The notes beneath the pieces were generated by a model, which saw only the letters and a program-made list of their open reading frames with translations, was not told where the DNA came from and ran no database searches. A DNA stretch of 55,205 nt, taken from IMG/VR virus record IMGVR_UViG_3300009509_000033, positions 1 through 55,205 of that record. One strand, 5' to 3'. Positions 8,863 through 17,858 of this stretch are shown here, one piece after another. Origin of the DNA: a virus. Its lineage: Duplodnaviria > Caudoviricetes. How positions within the stretch are numbered: position 1 is the stretch's first letter; the number at the start of each line of letters is the position of its first letter. The position numbers were made by a program, and so were the translations under genes.

Positions 8863-9657
8863 ATGAGCGGATCATGGTACGAAACTGGTTTCGACGGGAT
8901 CGCCGGAGAGGAGCAGCGCCTCGATGAGGCTCAAGGCCCTCACCGGCTGTGGATTCCCGGCGGGGCGGGCAAGGACGTCGTGTGGGTGGACGACGATCCG
9001 GTGTGCGTCTACGAGCACAACCCCAAGATGAACGGCAACTACCGCAACTGGCTCACCTGCCAGCAGGGAGTTTACGACGAGGTGGTGTGCTGCCAGAAGC
9101 TCGGTCCCAAGAGCCGGTACTACGTCGGCTACCTGACCGGCGTGGACTGCACCCTGTGGAAGGACCAGCGCGGGAACGAGCACCAGTACGAGATGCGACT
9201 CGTGCCGATGAAGCTGAGGTCCCTCAAGAAGTTCCGCCGGAAGAAGGAAGACCGGGGAAAGATGGCCGGCACGATGTGGACGATGAACCGCGAGGACGAC
9301 AACGCGGCCAGCATCGGCGACGACTGGGACTTCCAGCGTGACGTGGACATGGCGAAGATGTTCGATTTCGTCAACTACCGTGGCACGCTCCTGTCCGAGA
9401 TGTGGGACCAGGCTGAGGGAGACCCAGAGGCCATGGCGCGCGTCCAGCGGATCTTCCAGATCAAGCCGGACGAGGAGGGCAAGCTCCCTCGCATCGTGGC
9501 GCCGTTCAACTACATGAAGGTCTTGGAGCCGAAGGCCCCGAAGGACATGCGATTGATCCTCGGCGCCGTCCAAGAGGACGACGACGATGACCGGCGCTCC
9601 TCGGGTTCGTCGGGTGGGCGGGGAGGGGCCGCGAAGCAGGACGACGTTCCGTTCTAG
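8863..9657 (+). CDS. phage single-stranded DNA-binding protein (gp32-like)
   Basis: position in the replication module; YEH...TC...CC metal-binding cluster; acidic C-terminus ending DDVPF. Confidence 0.6.
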   Translation: MSGSWYETGFDGIAGEEQRLDEAQGPHRLWIPGGAGKDVVWVDDDPVCVYEHNPKMNGNYRNWLTCQQGVYDEVVCCQKLGPKSRYYVGYLTGVDCTLWKDQRGNEHQYEMRLVPMKLRSLKKFRRKKEDRGKMAGTMWTMNREDDNAASIGDDWDFQRDVDMAKMFDFVNYRGTLLSEMWDQAEGDPEAMARVQRIFQIKPDEEGKLPRIVAPFNYMKVLEPKAPKDMRLILGAVQEDDDDDRRSSGSSGGRGGAAKQDDVPF

Positions 9658-9686
9658 GCCCCGAAGGACGACGGTGATAGAGGTGG

Positions 9687-9815
9687 CGCTCTCCCACCTT
9701 CCCCGGCCCGGCCATTCGGGGAGAAGCCGTAGGCAGGGAGCGAATACAAATGGCGCAAGCCCCCGCGCCTTCCACGGATCGGCCATTCGAGGAGAAGCGG
9801 GATACCGCAGGGGGC
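9687..9815 (+). ncRNA. tandem pair of structured elements (candidate novel RNA motif)
   Basis: two units share CCTTCC-N-CGG-NN-CGGCCATTCG-R-GGAGAAG; the flanking stems differ in sequence but both pair. Confidence 0.5.
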
Positions 9816-9953
9816 ACTTGGAATCGGGCAGGAGTCGAGGGCGAGGAACAGTGGTGGGGCAACCGCGCCATGGAGCGGCCACCCGGCCCCCTCGCTAGCG
9901 GGGATCACTGGGCGACTCCAGCGGTGGGTCCGGGTGGAGGCACCGCACCCCTA

Positions 9954-9969
9954 GCGACAATTGGTCGCA
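9954..9969. promoter_or_regulatory. quasi-palindromic operator/parS-like site, copy 1
   Basis: GCGACAATTGGTCGCA is the exact reverse complement of 40692-40707. Confidence 0.5.
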
Positions 9970-9977
9970 GGAGAGAC

Positions 9978-10217
9978 ATGGACGACTCGGCTCCCAAACT
10001 CCAGTTCGTCCGGCTCCACCTTGGAGAGCACCGGATGGATGTGGTCCTACACGATCCTGTCCTCGGAGATCGTCGGCTGATTCGCTACGAGTGGCACGCC
10101 AAGGAAGCGACCGATGTGCCTCCCGATGGCTGGTACAACACCGTGCTCGGAGAGGTTCGGTTCCAGCGGGGCCAAGAGTTGCAGAAGCGGACCGGGCGAT
10201 TCATCCCGAGGGGGTAG
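9978..10217 (+). CDS. hypothetical protein (MDDSAPKLQF...)
   Basis: AGGAG RBS before the ATG at 9978; the upstream part of the track ORF overlaps structured sequence. Confidence 0.65.
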   Translation: MDDSAPKLQFVRLHLGEHRMDVVLHDPVLGDRRLIRYEWHAKEATDVPPDGWYNTVLGEVRFQRGQELQKRTGRFIPRG

Positions 10218-10219
10218 CA

Positions 10220-11560
10220 GTGGACGTTACGGTAGACGGGTGGGCGTGGCTCCCCAAGTCAGACCTCACCCCTGACCAGATCGTGAACCTGGAGCAGATG
10301 CTCACGGTTCACCCTCAGAAGGTCGGGGACTATCCGGGCGATGAGCCCCTTCCCATTCCCCTGTACGCGCATGATGGGAAGGAACGATTCGGAGTTCCGC
10401 GCGAGTTCTTTTTCAGCAACCGTAGGGCCGTCCACAACGTCCGCATGGATGTCACCGAGGGTTCGACGGAGTGGTGGCCAGCGGAGTTTGTCGGCACCCT
10501 TCGTTCGGAGCAGCGTGTGGCTGTGAACGAGGTCGTCTCCTTGTTCCGGGCAGGGCGGCTCGGAGGCATCGTTCAGGCGAAGCCAGGGTGGGGAAAGACG
10601 GTCGCCGCGCTCGCCATCGCTGCGGAGATGGGCCTCCCCACGCTCGTCGTGGTCCACAAGGAGTTCCTGATGGACCAGTGGACCGAGCGCATCGAGAAGT
10701 TCCTTCCGGCTGCGAAGATCGGCCGCGTCCAACAGAACGAGTGCGACTTCCTCGGGAAGACCATCGTCATGGGCATGGTGCACTCGCTTGGAGGGGACCA
10801 GCCCTATCCTGACGCTCTGTGGGAGTGGCCAGGGCTCCTCATGGTGGACGAGTGCCACCGCATCGGAGCCCGCACGTGGGCGCCCGTACCACCACGATTC
10901 TCGGCCAAGTACAGGCTCGGCTTCACTGCGACGCCTCGGCGCAAGGACGGAGCTGACAACGTGTTCTGGCAGCACATCGGCCCGATCGTCTTCGCCGGGA
11001 AAGAGGAGCGACTGAAGCCGGTGATCAAGCGGGTGTGGACCAAGTTCAAACTCGTGAAGACGGACCGCTTCAATCCGCATCTCGCTCCGAAGGCCCTCAT
11101 CACGAGGTTCTTGGTCAAGAGCCGACACCGGAACGACCTGATCATCGAACAGCTCATCGCCGCTGTGACGGCTGGCAGGAAGATCCTCGTGCTCAGCGAA
11201 CGGCTTCAGCATCTCCAGGACATGGAGAACCTGCTTCGGAAGCTGTGGCCGGCGGTCGTTGGGCCTGTCTCCATCGGACAGTACGTCGGAGGTCGAACGA
11301 AGGAGCAACTCGAACGAGCGGCGCAGGCCCGGGTCATCTTCGCCACGATTCAGTACGCGGCAGAGGGGCTCGACATTCCGGCGCTCGACACGCTGTTTCT
11401 CACGACCCCGATGAGCGATGTGGAGCAGGCTGTGGGTCGAATCCAGAGGCCGTTTCATGACAAGAAGGACCCGATCGTCGTGGACTTTCGAGACGACGCT
11501 ATCCCCATGTTCGAGGCGATGGGAGGAAAGCGGGATCGCTTCTACAGGAAGGTGACTTGA
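10220..11560 (+). CDS. superfamily 2 DEAD/DEAH helicase (UvsW/XPB-like)
   Basis: AKPGWGKT, DECH, TATP, EGLDIP, QAVGRIQR; GTG start at 10220. Confidence 0.9.
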   Translation: MDVTVDGWAWLPKSDLTPDQIVNLEQMLTVHPQKVGDYPGDEPLPIPLYAHDGKERFGVPREFFFSNRRAVHNVRMDVTEGSTEWWPAEFVGTLRSEQRVAVNEVVSLFRAGRLGGIVQAKPGWGKTVAALAIAAEMGLPTLVVVHKEFLMDQWTERIEKFLPAAKIGRVQQNECDFLGKTIVMGMVHSLGGDQPYPDALWEWPGLLMVDECHRIGARTWAPVPPRFSAKYRLGFTATPRRKDGADNVFWQHIGPIVFAGKEERLKPVIKRVWTKFKLVKTDRFNPHLAPKALITRFLVKSRHRNDLIIEQLIAAVTAGRKILVLSERLQHLQDMENLLRKLWPAVVGPVSIGQYVGGRTKEQLERAAQARVIFATIQYAAEGLDIPALDTLFLTTPMSDVEQAVGRIQRPFHDKKDPIVVDFRDDAIPMFEAMGGKRDRFYRKVT

Positions 11561-11584
11561 CAATCGGGGCTTATTTGGTAGAGG
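11557..11584 (+). promoter_or_regulatory. sigma70-like promoter
   Basis: TTGACA-16nt-TAGAGG, with the same TTGACAATC...GGTAG pattern as 8105. Confidence 0.55.
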
Positions 11585-11591
11585 TTCTGGT

Positions 11592-12413
11592 ATGCCTCGG
11601 GCCTCGAAAGCTCAGGACTACTTTCAGGAGTGGTACGACGACAACCGCGATGAGTTGAACCAGCGGCGCCGCGAGAGGTACGCGAAGGACCCCGAGTACC
11701 GGCAGAAGGTACAGCAGTGGAACAGGGAAGCCAGAGCGAGGCGTCGGAAGGAGTCCGAGAAAGAGGATCGGAAGGCGAAGAGGGCTGTGAAGATCGGAAC
11801 GATAGGGGCGTGGAAGACCGTCGAGATCGAGGTGGACGGCGTGAAGGTCCGCATGTTCACCATCGGAGCCCTGGCCCGAGCGACCGGGAAGGGCATCTCC
11901 ACGATCCGTGTCTGGGAGAGGAATGGGACGCTCCCAGAGACCCCGTACCGCTCGAAGAAGGGCGACCGGCTCTACACCCTGGAGATGGTCGAGGCGATTC
12001 AACGGGCGCTTCGCCAGGCTGGAAAACTCGACATCGGCGTTCTGAAGGAGAAGAGGCGCCCGACCTACGTGGAGAGAGCCGTCCGGTTCAAGGGCAAGAA
12101 GAAGCCAGTCCGGATGAGGCTCTACAAGGTCGGGACGCTCGCGAAGGCTGTCAACCGGACGGTGGTGGCGCTCACGCAGATGGAGAAGCGCGGGGTGCTG
12201 CCGAAGACACCGCTCGCCGCATCCTCTCTGGAGTACCGACTCTACACGCTCGACATGATCGAGGTCGTGCAGAAGGCGTTCGACAAGAGAGGAGGTGTGA
12301 TTCGAGGGCAGTCCGAATGGGAAGATTTCCACGATGAGATCGTGGATGGATGGACGAGACTAGGAGTCATGAGCGCGAGGTTGGACGATGAAAGCGAAGG
12401 CAGTCAAGGATGA
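11592..12413 (+). CDS. tandem MerR-type HTH DNA-binding protein
   Basis: two repeats: FTIGALARATGKGISTIRVWERNG..P...RLYT and YKVGTLAKAVNRTVVALTQMEKRG..P...RLYT. Confidence 0.8.
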   Translation: MPRASKAQDYFQEWYDDNRDELNQRRRERYAKDPEYRQKVQQWNREARARRRKESEKEDRKAKRAVKIGTIGAWKTVEIEVDGVKVRMFTIGALARATGKGISTIRVWERNGTLPETPYRSKKGDRLYTLEMVEAIQRALRQAGKLDIGVLKEKRRPTYVERAVRFKGKKKPVRMRLYKVGTLAKAVNRTVVALTQMEKRGVLPKTPLAASSLEYRLYTLDMIEVVQKAFDKRGGVIRGQSEWEDFHDEIVDGWTRLGVMSARLDDESEGSQG

Positions 12414-12837
12414 CCACCCCACGGTGGAGGGGCAGGTCGAGAAGGACCGTGAGTCCGTTCAAGAGACGTTGACGGAGGCCGTCGGAGGCCCTGTCCACAT
12501 GGAGCCGATCGTGCTCACGGTGCGTCGGCAATACAAGCACAGTGGGGACCTGGTGGTCGACCCCGAAGAGGAGGTCGAGGAGATCGCGGTGCAGGACTTC
12601 CACGTGGACCCTGCCCATGCGAGCCTCCGGGTGAACCACACGCTGAACCTCGGGAACTTCTGGTCCCTGTCGGTTCAAGTCGGGCTCGACGCGCCCCACT
12701 ACCGCGAGGAGCACAAGGAGGCGTGGGAGTTTGTGGCCAAGACGGTCGCCGAGCGTCTCTTGGAGCAGATCGAGGCCGGCAAGGAACGTGCTTCTGAACT
12801 CCGGAAGAAGCGTGGGACGGGCTCGAACCTGTTCTAG
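12388..12837 (+). CDS. hypothetical protein
   Basis: coding-like ORF overlapping the upstream stop, in an operon with recA. Confidence 0.7.
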   Translation: MKAKAVKDDHPTVEGQVEKDRESVQETLTEAVGGPVHMEPIVLTVRRQYKHSGDLVVDPEEEVEEIAVQDFHVDPAHASLRVNHTLNLGNFWSLSVQVGLDAPHYREEHKEAWEFVAKTVAERLLEQIEAGKERASELRKKRGTGSNLF

Positions 12838-12846
12838 GAGGCACGA

Positions 12847-13953
12847 ATGGCGAAGACGGTTGATCGCTTCAAGGCGCTCATGGCGAGCGACCTGATAGCG
12901 AAGATCAAGAAGAAGCACGGGGCGAACATCCTCACGCCGGCCGACGAGTTTCGGATTCAGAGGGTGCCTCGAATCCCCACGGGCATCTTCTTTCTCGACT
13001 ACGCGCTCGGGGGAGGCGGCTTCCCGGCTGGGAGGACGAACATCGTCTGGGGGCACAAGAGCACGGGCAAGACCGTCATCTGCCTTCGGACCATGGGCAA
13101 CGCTCAGAGGCTCTGCGCCAACTGCTACACGTTCCCGGACGAGGAGACGGGGAAGTGCCAGTGTGGCGACTTCCGTGAGACCATCTGCTCATTCCTGGAC
13201 GTCGAGGGCTCATGGGACCAGGACTGGGCACGGCTCCACGGCGTGAACACGGAGAGGGTCATCTTGTCGGTTCCGGAATACGCCGAGCAAACTCTCGACA
13301 TCGCCGAGGCGTTGCTCCGGTCCGGGGAGGTGGACTTCCTCGTCATTGACTCGCTCGCCTTCCTCACGCCCGCGAAGGAGATCGAGGAGTCCACGGCGAA
13401 GGCCCTTCAGGCTGAGCAGGCTCGGGCTCTCGGCCGAGGCATCCGCAAGTTCGTGGCGGCCCTGAATCATATGGGCAATGTGACGGGAAGGCGCCCGACG
13501 CTGATCTTCACGAACCAGATTCGGATGAAGGTCGGGCTCCTGTTCGGGAACCCTGAGACACAGCCCGGCGGGTACGCCCCGGGCTTCTCCGCCACGACCG
13601 AGATCAAGACGTTCGGCGGAAAGTACGAGATGGACGAGGTGACCGGCCGACCCATCCATGTGGACATGAGCTACCGGGTCGAGAAGAACAAGTCCGCCGG
13701 AGCGAAGATCGAAGGTGAGTGGCGACTCATGCTGGCCGACACCGCGATCAAGAAGAAGGGCGAGATCTATGAGGAGCCCGCCATGGTGGACATGGGGATC
13801 AAGATCGGGCTCGTCGAGAAGGACGGGAACGGCTGGGTATGCCTCGGAGAGAAGTACCGATCGAAAGCTCTCCTGGTCACAGCGATGGTGGAGAACGCGG
13901 CCCTGAAGAGGCAGTACGGGGACACGTTGATGGGCGTCTTGACGGCGGGGTAG
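12847..13953 (+). CDS. recA: RecA/UvsX recombinase with Cys-rich insertion
   Basis: IPTG..LDYALG.GGFP.GR, GHKSTGKT, FLDVE, VIDSLA, FTNQIRMKVG..FGNPETQPGG, VEKNK. Confidence 0.92.
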   Translation: MAKTVDRFKALMASDLIAKIKKKHGANILTPADEFRIQRVPRIPTGIFFLDYALGGGGFPAGRTNIVWGHKSTGKTVICLRTMGNAQRLCANCYTFPDEETGKCQCGDFRETICSFLDVEGSWDQDWARLHGVNTERVILSVPEYAEQTLDIAEALLRSGEVDFLVIDSLAFLTPAKEIEESTAKALQAEQARALGRGIRKFVAALNHMGNVTGRRPTLIFTNQIRMKVGLLFGNPETQPGGYAPGFSATTEIKTFGGKYEMDEVTGRPIHVDMSYRVEKNKSAGAKIEGEWRLMLADTAIKKKGEIYEEPAMVDMGIKIGLVEKDGNGWVCLGEKYRSKALLVTAMVENAALKRQYGDTLMGVLTAG

Positions 13954-14342
13954 ACGGACCGCGACCGAAGACGTTCGACTCCAACTATGACCGGGTGAAG
14001 AAGTCGACTCGCGAGGAGCGCAAGGTCGCGAAGCGTCTTGGCGGACGCACGCACAAGCGCTCTGGCGGTCTCCCCTGGTCCAAGCACGACTCGACGACGG
14101 CGCAGGGTGACGTTACCACCCCTGACCTCCACATAGAGCACAAGCGGGCAGAGCCCGACACCAAGTCGATAGGGGTCACCCGGGCGTGGCTCGCCAAGGT
14201 GAGCGAGGGCGCGCGACGGCGGATGAAGACGCCGGCCATGGTGCTCCACTACGAGAAGGCCACTGGGCACGCCGAGGACTGGCTCATGATGCCTCTGGAC
14301 GTAGCCGAGCGCCTTCTGGCGGTGCTCAGGGAGGACGAATGA
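13950..14342 (+). CDS. PD-(D/E)xK nuclease, Holliday-junction-resolvase-like (start uncertain)
   Basis: EERKVAKRLGG...SGG...GDV...IEHK; no clear start codon next to the recA stop. Confidence 0.6.
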   Translation, partial: VDGPRPKTFDSNYDRVKKSTREERKVAKRLGGRTHKRSGGLPWSKHDSTTAQGDVTTPDLHIEHKRAEPDTKSIGVTRAWLAKVSEGARRRMKTPAMVLHYEKATGHAEDWLMMPLDVAERLLAVLREDE

Positions 14343-14689
14343 CGGGCAAGCCCATGCTGCTCCGGGACCTTGAACGGCTGCGCCCACACCTCCGGGTCCC
14401 GGCTTTCGATCGTGTGCGAGTGATCCTCGGAGCCAGCGAGAGCAATCTCCGTGTGGACTTAGAGTGCATCGCCTGTGAGGAGTTGCTAGAATGGGACGCT
14501 CACAAAGGGTGGTGGGTGTGTCCCGGCTGCCAACAGGAGACGACGGACCGGGAGGGCGCCGACCTCCTTCGGGCCTGCCATAAGGGGCTCGGAGAGGTTC
14601 TGGGCGAGACGGATGGTGGTGGGACCAAGGATGAGGGAAGGGGTATCGGACGATGGCTACGGAAAGCGATGGGGATCTCCGACGACTGA
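14339..14689 (+). CDS. Zn-ribbon hypothetical protein
   Basis: GGAGG RBS, ATGA overlap, CIAC/CPGC. Confidence 0.7.
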   Translation: MTGKPMLLRDLERLRPHLRVPAFDRVRVILGASESNLRVDLECIACEELLEWDAHKGWWVCPGCQQETTDREGADLLRACHKGLGEVLGETDGGGTKDEGRGIGRWLRKAMGISDD

Positions 14690-15498
14690 TCAGTGAGGCT
14701 ATCCCAGAGGAGCGGGACAAGCCTCCGCTCACCAAGGACATGTGGATTCGGGTCTCCGGGCTCGCGATGGTGTGCGGGCGGGAGGAGGTGCTCTGCGCTC
14801 GCGACGGGCGCTCTCGTGAGGACAACGTAGACGCTGACCTCATGATGATCTTCGAGCACGGGCACGGGCTCCACTGGGACCTCCAGAACCGCATCCTCCC
14901 CCTGACGAAAACTCTCTACGGACGTTGGCTCTGCGGACATTGCGGGTCGTACCACGGCGGTCGAGACGAGTGGGACACGACCGAGATGGCCGAGTTCGCC
15001 GAGTCGCAGATCCTCCGGCCGGCTACGTGTCCGACCTGCGGGGCGGCCATGACGCCGGACATGAGCCTCTACCACGAGCAGTGGATCAAGGACCCGAAGT
15101 ACCGTCTCGCGGGCCACCCAGACGGCTTCCTGCGGCTCCCAGGGATGCCTGGGCTCGGGGTCCTGGAGGTGAAGTCGATCAGCCCTCGGGGCGCCTATGA
15201 GGTCCGCAACTGCGCGAAGCTCGACCATGTGGTGCAGGCGCAGTGCTACATGTGGATGACCGGGTGCCGCTGGGGCAAGGTGCTCTACTGGGACAAGGGC
15301 ACGGTAGGGATGAAGGGCCTCATCGAGCACACGGTCGAGTACGACGAGGACCACGTGGAGGCCATGCAGAACCTCGTTCGGGACATCTGGGCCGGCATCG
15401 AGGGAGGAAAGCTCCCTGAGCGCATCTGCGGCTCTCCGGATTGCAAGAGGGCCGACCTGTGCTCCTCGGTCGCGAGGTGTTTCGAGGAGCCGGCATGA
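14653..15498 (+). CDS. Cas4/RecB-family exonuclease
   Basis: LAGHPDGF, VLEVKS, QAQCYM; an N-terminal Cys plus a C-terminal Cys cluster. Confidence 0.8.
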   Translation: MATESDGDLRRLISEAIPEERDKPPLTKDMWIRVSGLAMVCGREEVLCARDGRSREDNVDADLMMIFEHGHGLHWDLQNRILPLTKTLYGRWLCGHCGSYHGGRDEWDTTEMAEFAESQILRPATCPTCGAAMTPDMSLYHEQWIKDPKYRLAGHPDGFLRLPGMPGLGVLEVKSISPRGAYEVRNCAKLDHVVQAQCYMWMTGCRWGKVLYWDKGTVGMKGLIEHTVEYDEDHVEAMQNLVRDIWAGIEGGKLPERICGSPDCKRADLCSSVARCFEEPA

Positions 15499-15905
15499 AG
15501 ACGATCATCGACGACCCGGCCTTTCTCCAAGTCCAGCCCGTTCGGCCCGTCTACCTGGACCCGCTGCTCCTTCGTCCGCTTGCCCCGGCCCTGTGGGGCA
15601 TCTCCTGTTCGATGTGCGACAAGCGGCAGTCGGTCTGGGAACTTCCTTCCGTCAAGCGTGGGGAGCCCGTCTGCTCTCTGTGCTGGCTCTACGAGTCGGA
15701 GTGGGGGAAGGGCGTTCGTGAGGACATCGACGCACTCGTTCGCGCTGTCGAGGTCCACAAGGGGGAGATCTTCAGGAAGACAGACGACGGCCGCCTCTGG
15801 TCCTGTCGGGACGCGGATCGTATCCTCGGGTCGATAGCGGTGACCTCGCGCATCGTTCGGCAACGGGTGAGGTTAGACATGCTCGGAGGGGACGATGAGC
15901 CGTGA
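15495..15905 (+). CDS. hypothetical protein (CxxC pairs)
   Basis: GAGGAG RBS, ATGA overlap. Confidence 0.65.
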   Translation: MKTIIDDPAFLQVQPVRPVYLDPLLLRPLAPALWGISCSMCDKRQSVWELPSVKRGEPVCSLCWLYESEWGKGVREDIDALVRAVEVHKGEIFRKTDDGRLWSCRDADRILGSIAVTSRIVRQRVRLDMLGGDDEP

Positions 15906-16455
15906 AGTTTTCATCTTGGGGGTGGACCCCGGCTTCGCCTCCTTCGGCTACAGCATGGTGCACCTCCTCCCGTCGATCGAGGAGGTGATGTTGACCGATG
16001 TGATTCGCACTCAGAAGTCCCCGAAGAAGCTGAACGTGAAGGCGGCCGACGACAACTTTCGGAGGTCGCAAGCCATCGCGGCTGTGCTCCACGAGGTCGT
16101 GAAGAAGTGGCAGCCGGTGGCCATCGCAGCCGAGGCCATGTCGTTTCCTCGGAACGCCAGCGCGGCGGCCAAGGTCGCCATGGCGTGGGGCATCCTCTCC
16201 GACATCTGCTACGTCTACCAGTTGCCGATGGTCCAGGCGACTCCACAGGAGATCAAGAAAGCTCTCTGCGACAACAAGTCGGCCACCAAGTCGGATATTC
16301 AACGCGCCTTGGAGGACCGCTACCCGAACCAATTCCTGCGGTTCACTCAGACTGTGCCGGCAGGACAGTGGGAGCACGGGTTCGACGCGGCCGGGGCGGT
16401 CGTGACGTGCCTGGACAGCGACGTCGTTCGTATGGCACGAGGGATGGCAGCATGA
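15895..16455 (+). CDS. ruvC: RuvC-like Holliday junction resolvase
   Basis: ILGVDPGFASFGY, AAE, TPQEIKKAL..NKSATK, DAAG. Confidence 0.88.
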   Translation: MSREVFILGVDPGFASFGYSMVHLLPSIEEVMLTDVIRTQKSPKKLNVKAADDNFRRSQAIAAVLHEVVKKWQPVAIAAEAMSFPRNASAAAKVAMAWGILSDICYVYQLPMVQATPQEIKKALCDNKSATKSDIQRALEDRYPNQFLRFTQTVPAGQWEHGFDAAGAVVTCLDSDVVRMARGMAA

Positions 16456-16763
16456 GAGGTATCAACAAGGCCGTCATCTCCGGGAACGTGTCGAGGGAGA
16501 TCAACTACGGCAAGATGCCCGACGGCTCGCCCGTCCTCTCGTTCACGATGGCATCGGATCGCCCTGCGAACGGGGTCGTCATCACGGCGTGGGTGAAGGT
16601 GAACGTCTACATCGACACGCTCGTCGAGCAGTGCAGGGAGCACCTTCGATGTAGCGGGTACGTCATCGTCGAGGGCGAACTCATGAATCGAGAAGGGCGC
16701 CACGGAAAGCTCACGGAGGTGAGGGCGAAGGAGATCATCTTCGTGAAGGAGGGCAGGAAGTGA
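16452..16763 (+). CDS. ssb: bacterial-type SSB, OB-fold only, without acidic tail
   Basis: INKAVISGNV, VLSFTMASDR, W.KVNVY, VIVEGEL. Confidence 0.8.
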   Translation: MRGINKAVISGNVSREINYGKMPDGSPVLSFTMASDRPANGVVITAWVKVNVYIDTLVEQCREHLRCSGYVIVEGELMNREGRHGKLTEVRAKEIIFVKEGRK

Positions 16764-17626
16764 GCACGATGCTGGCGATGGTCGAGGCCCCAGGCTCAGA
16801 GGCGTGGGGAACGAAGATCAGGAAGCGCGCCCGGACGCTCGTGAAGGTGATCAACCAAGGCTACATGGAGCTGGCCGAGATCATCCACACGGTCTGGAAC
16901 ACGACGATCAACGGAGAGCCTCACAACGCCTGCGTGACGGTGGCGTGGGGGTACGAGAACTACAAGCAATGGGGAGAGGAGGAGCTGGGCCTCCACCCGC
17001 GCAAGGTCGAGCGACTGAAGGCCATCTGGCACCACCTCCATGTTACGCTGGAGGGAAAGCTCGACCGCCGCATCCGAAACAAGGTCATCGACCTCGGGTG
17101 GACCAAGGTCCGTGAGCTGATCCGGGTGATCGACGCGAACAACGCGGAGCAGTGGGTAGAAGTGGCCGAGAACCTCAACTACAACGAGCTGTGCGAGGTC
17201 ATCCGCCGCGCGCTGGAGGACCAAGAGAAGAAGGACCAAGCGGCGGCGGTCGGCACGGCCGATGACGACGACGAGGAGGAATTCCGGGGGCACGACCCTC
17301 CTCCCGACATGGACCGCTTCAAACAGGTCGGGTTCATGCTCACTCCGGAGCAGAAGGCCAACGTCGAGTTGGCGTTGGAGCGAGCCGAGCAACTGGCAAA
17401 CTCCAGCAAGCCTGGGCACCTTCTCGACCTCATCTGCACCGACTTCCTCGCTACCAACGACTTCCGAAAGAAGGACGATCCCCTCCGCCATCTGAAGTTC
17501 TTGGCCAAGTTCGAGCCCCTCATGGGCAAGCGTCTCGTCGTGATCGACGCGACGAATTGGGTGATCGAGTACGGGATGGAGGCCCTGTCTAGGGTCGCCG
17601 AGGTCTTGGAGGCGGACGGTGACTGA
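16760..17626 (+). CDS. hypothetical protein, probably DNA-binding
   Basis: GTGA-coupled 288-aa ORF; LGWTKVREL motif. Confidence 0.7.
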   Translation: MSTMLAMVEAPGSEAWGTKIRKRARTLVKVINQGYMELAEIIHTVWNTTINGEPHNACVTVAWGYENYKQWGEEELGLHPRKVERLKAIWHHLHVTLEGKLDRRIRNKVIDLGWTKVRELIRVIDANNAEQWVEVAENLNYNELCEVIRRALEDQEKKDQAAAVGTADDDDEEEFRGHDPPPDMDRFKQVGFMLTPEQKANVELALERAEQLANSSKPGHLLDLICTDFLATNDFRKKDDPLRHLKFLAKFEPLMGKRLVVIDATNWVIEYGMEALSRVAEVLEADGD

Positions 17627-17858
17627 TCCGAGCATGACGCTGCCCATCACGCCCGACAACATCCACACCGAGTTGGAGCACGTCGAGCAGATCGTGAAGA
17701 AGTGGCGCGAGTTCGTTGGGACGGGCATCCCCGGTATCGACATGCCGGCACAGGATTCCGAGGCGAAGCTGGACTCGTTCCTCCGGCAGTTTACCGGAGA
17801 GATGCTCTACGTGGCCGGCAAGTGTCAGAACCTCGCCGTGGTGTTGTCCGAGCGATGA
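17619..17858 (+). CDS. hypothetical protein
   Basis: overlaps both flanking genes in the operon. Confidence 0.6.
   Translation: MTDPSMTLPITPDNIHTELEHVEQIVKKWREFVGTGIPGIDMPAQDSEAKLDSFLRQFTGEMLYVAGKCQNLAVVLSER

Noticed and set aside
9682-9815. HDV-like/theta ribozyme interpretation of the tandem motif
   Set aside because: P3/L3 and the J4/2 C-R-A element could not be threaded, and no tRNA is adjacent.
14653-15498. Cas4-like gene as a sign of a CRISPR-Cas system
   Set aside because: No repeat-spacer array or other cas genes were seen; solo Cas4-like nucleases are common in phage recombination modules.
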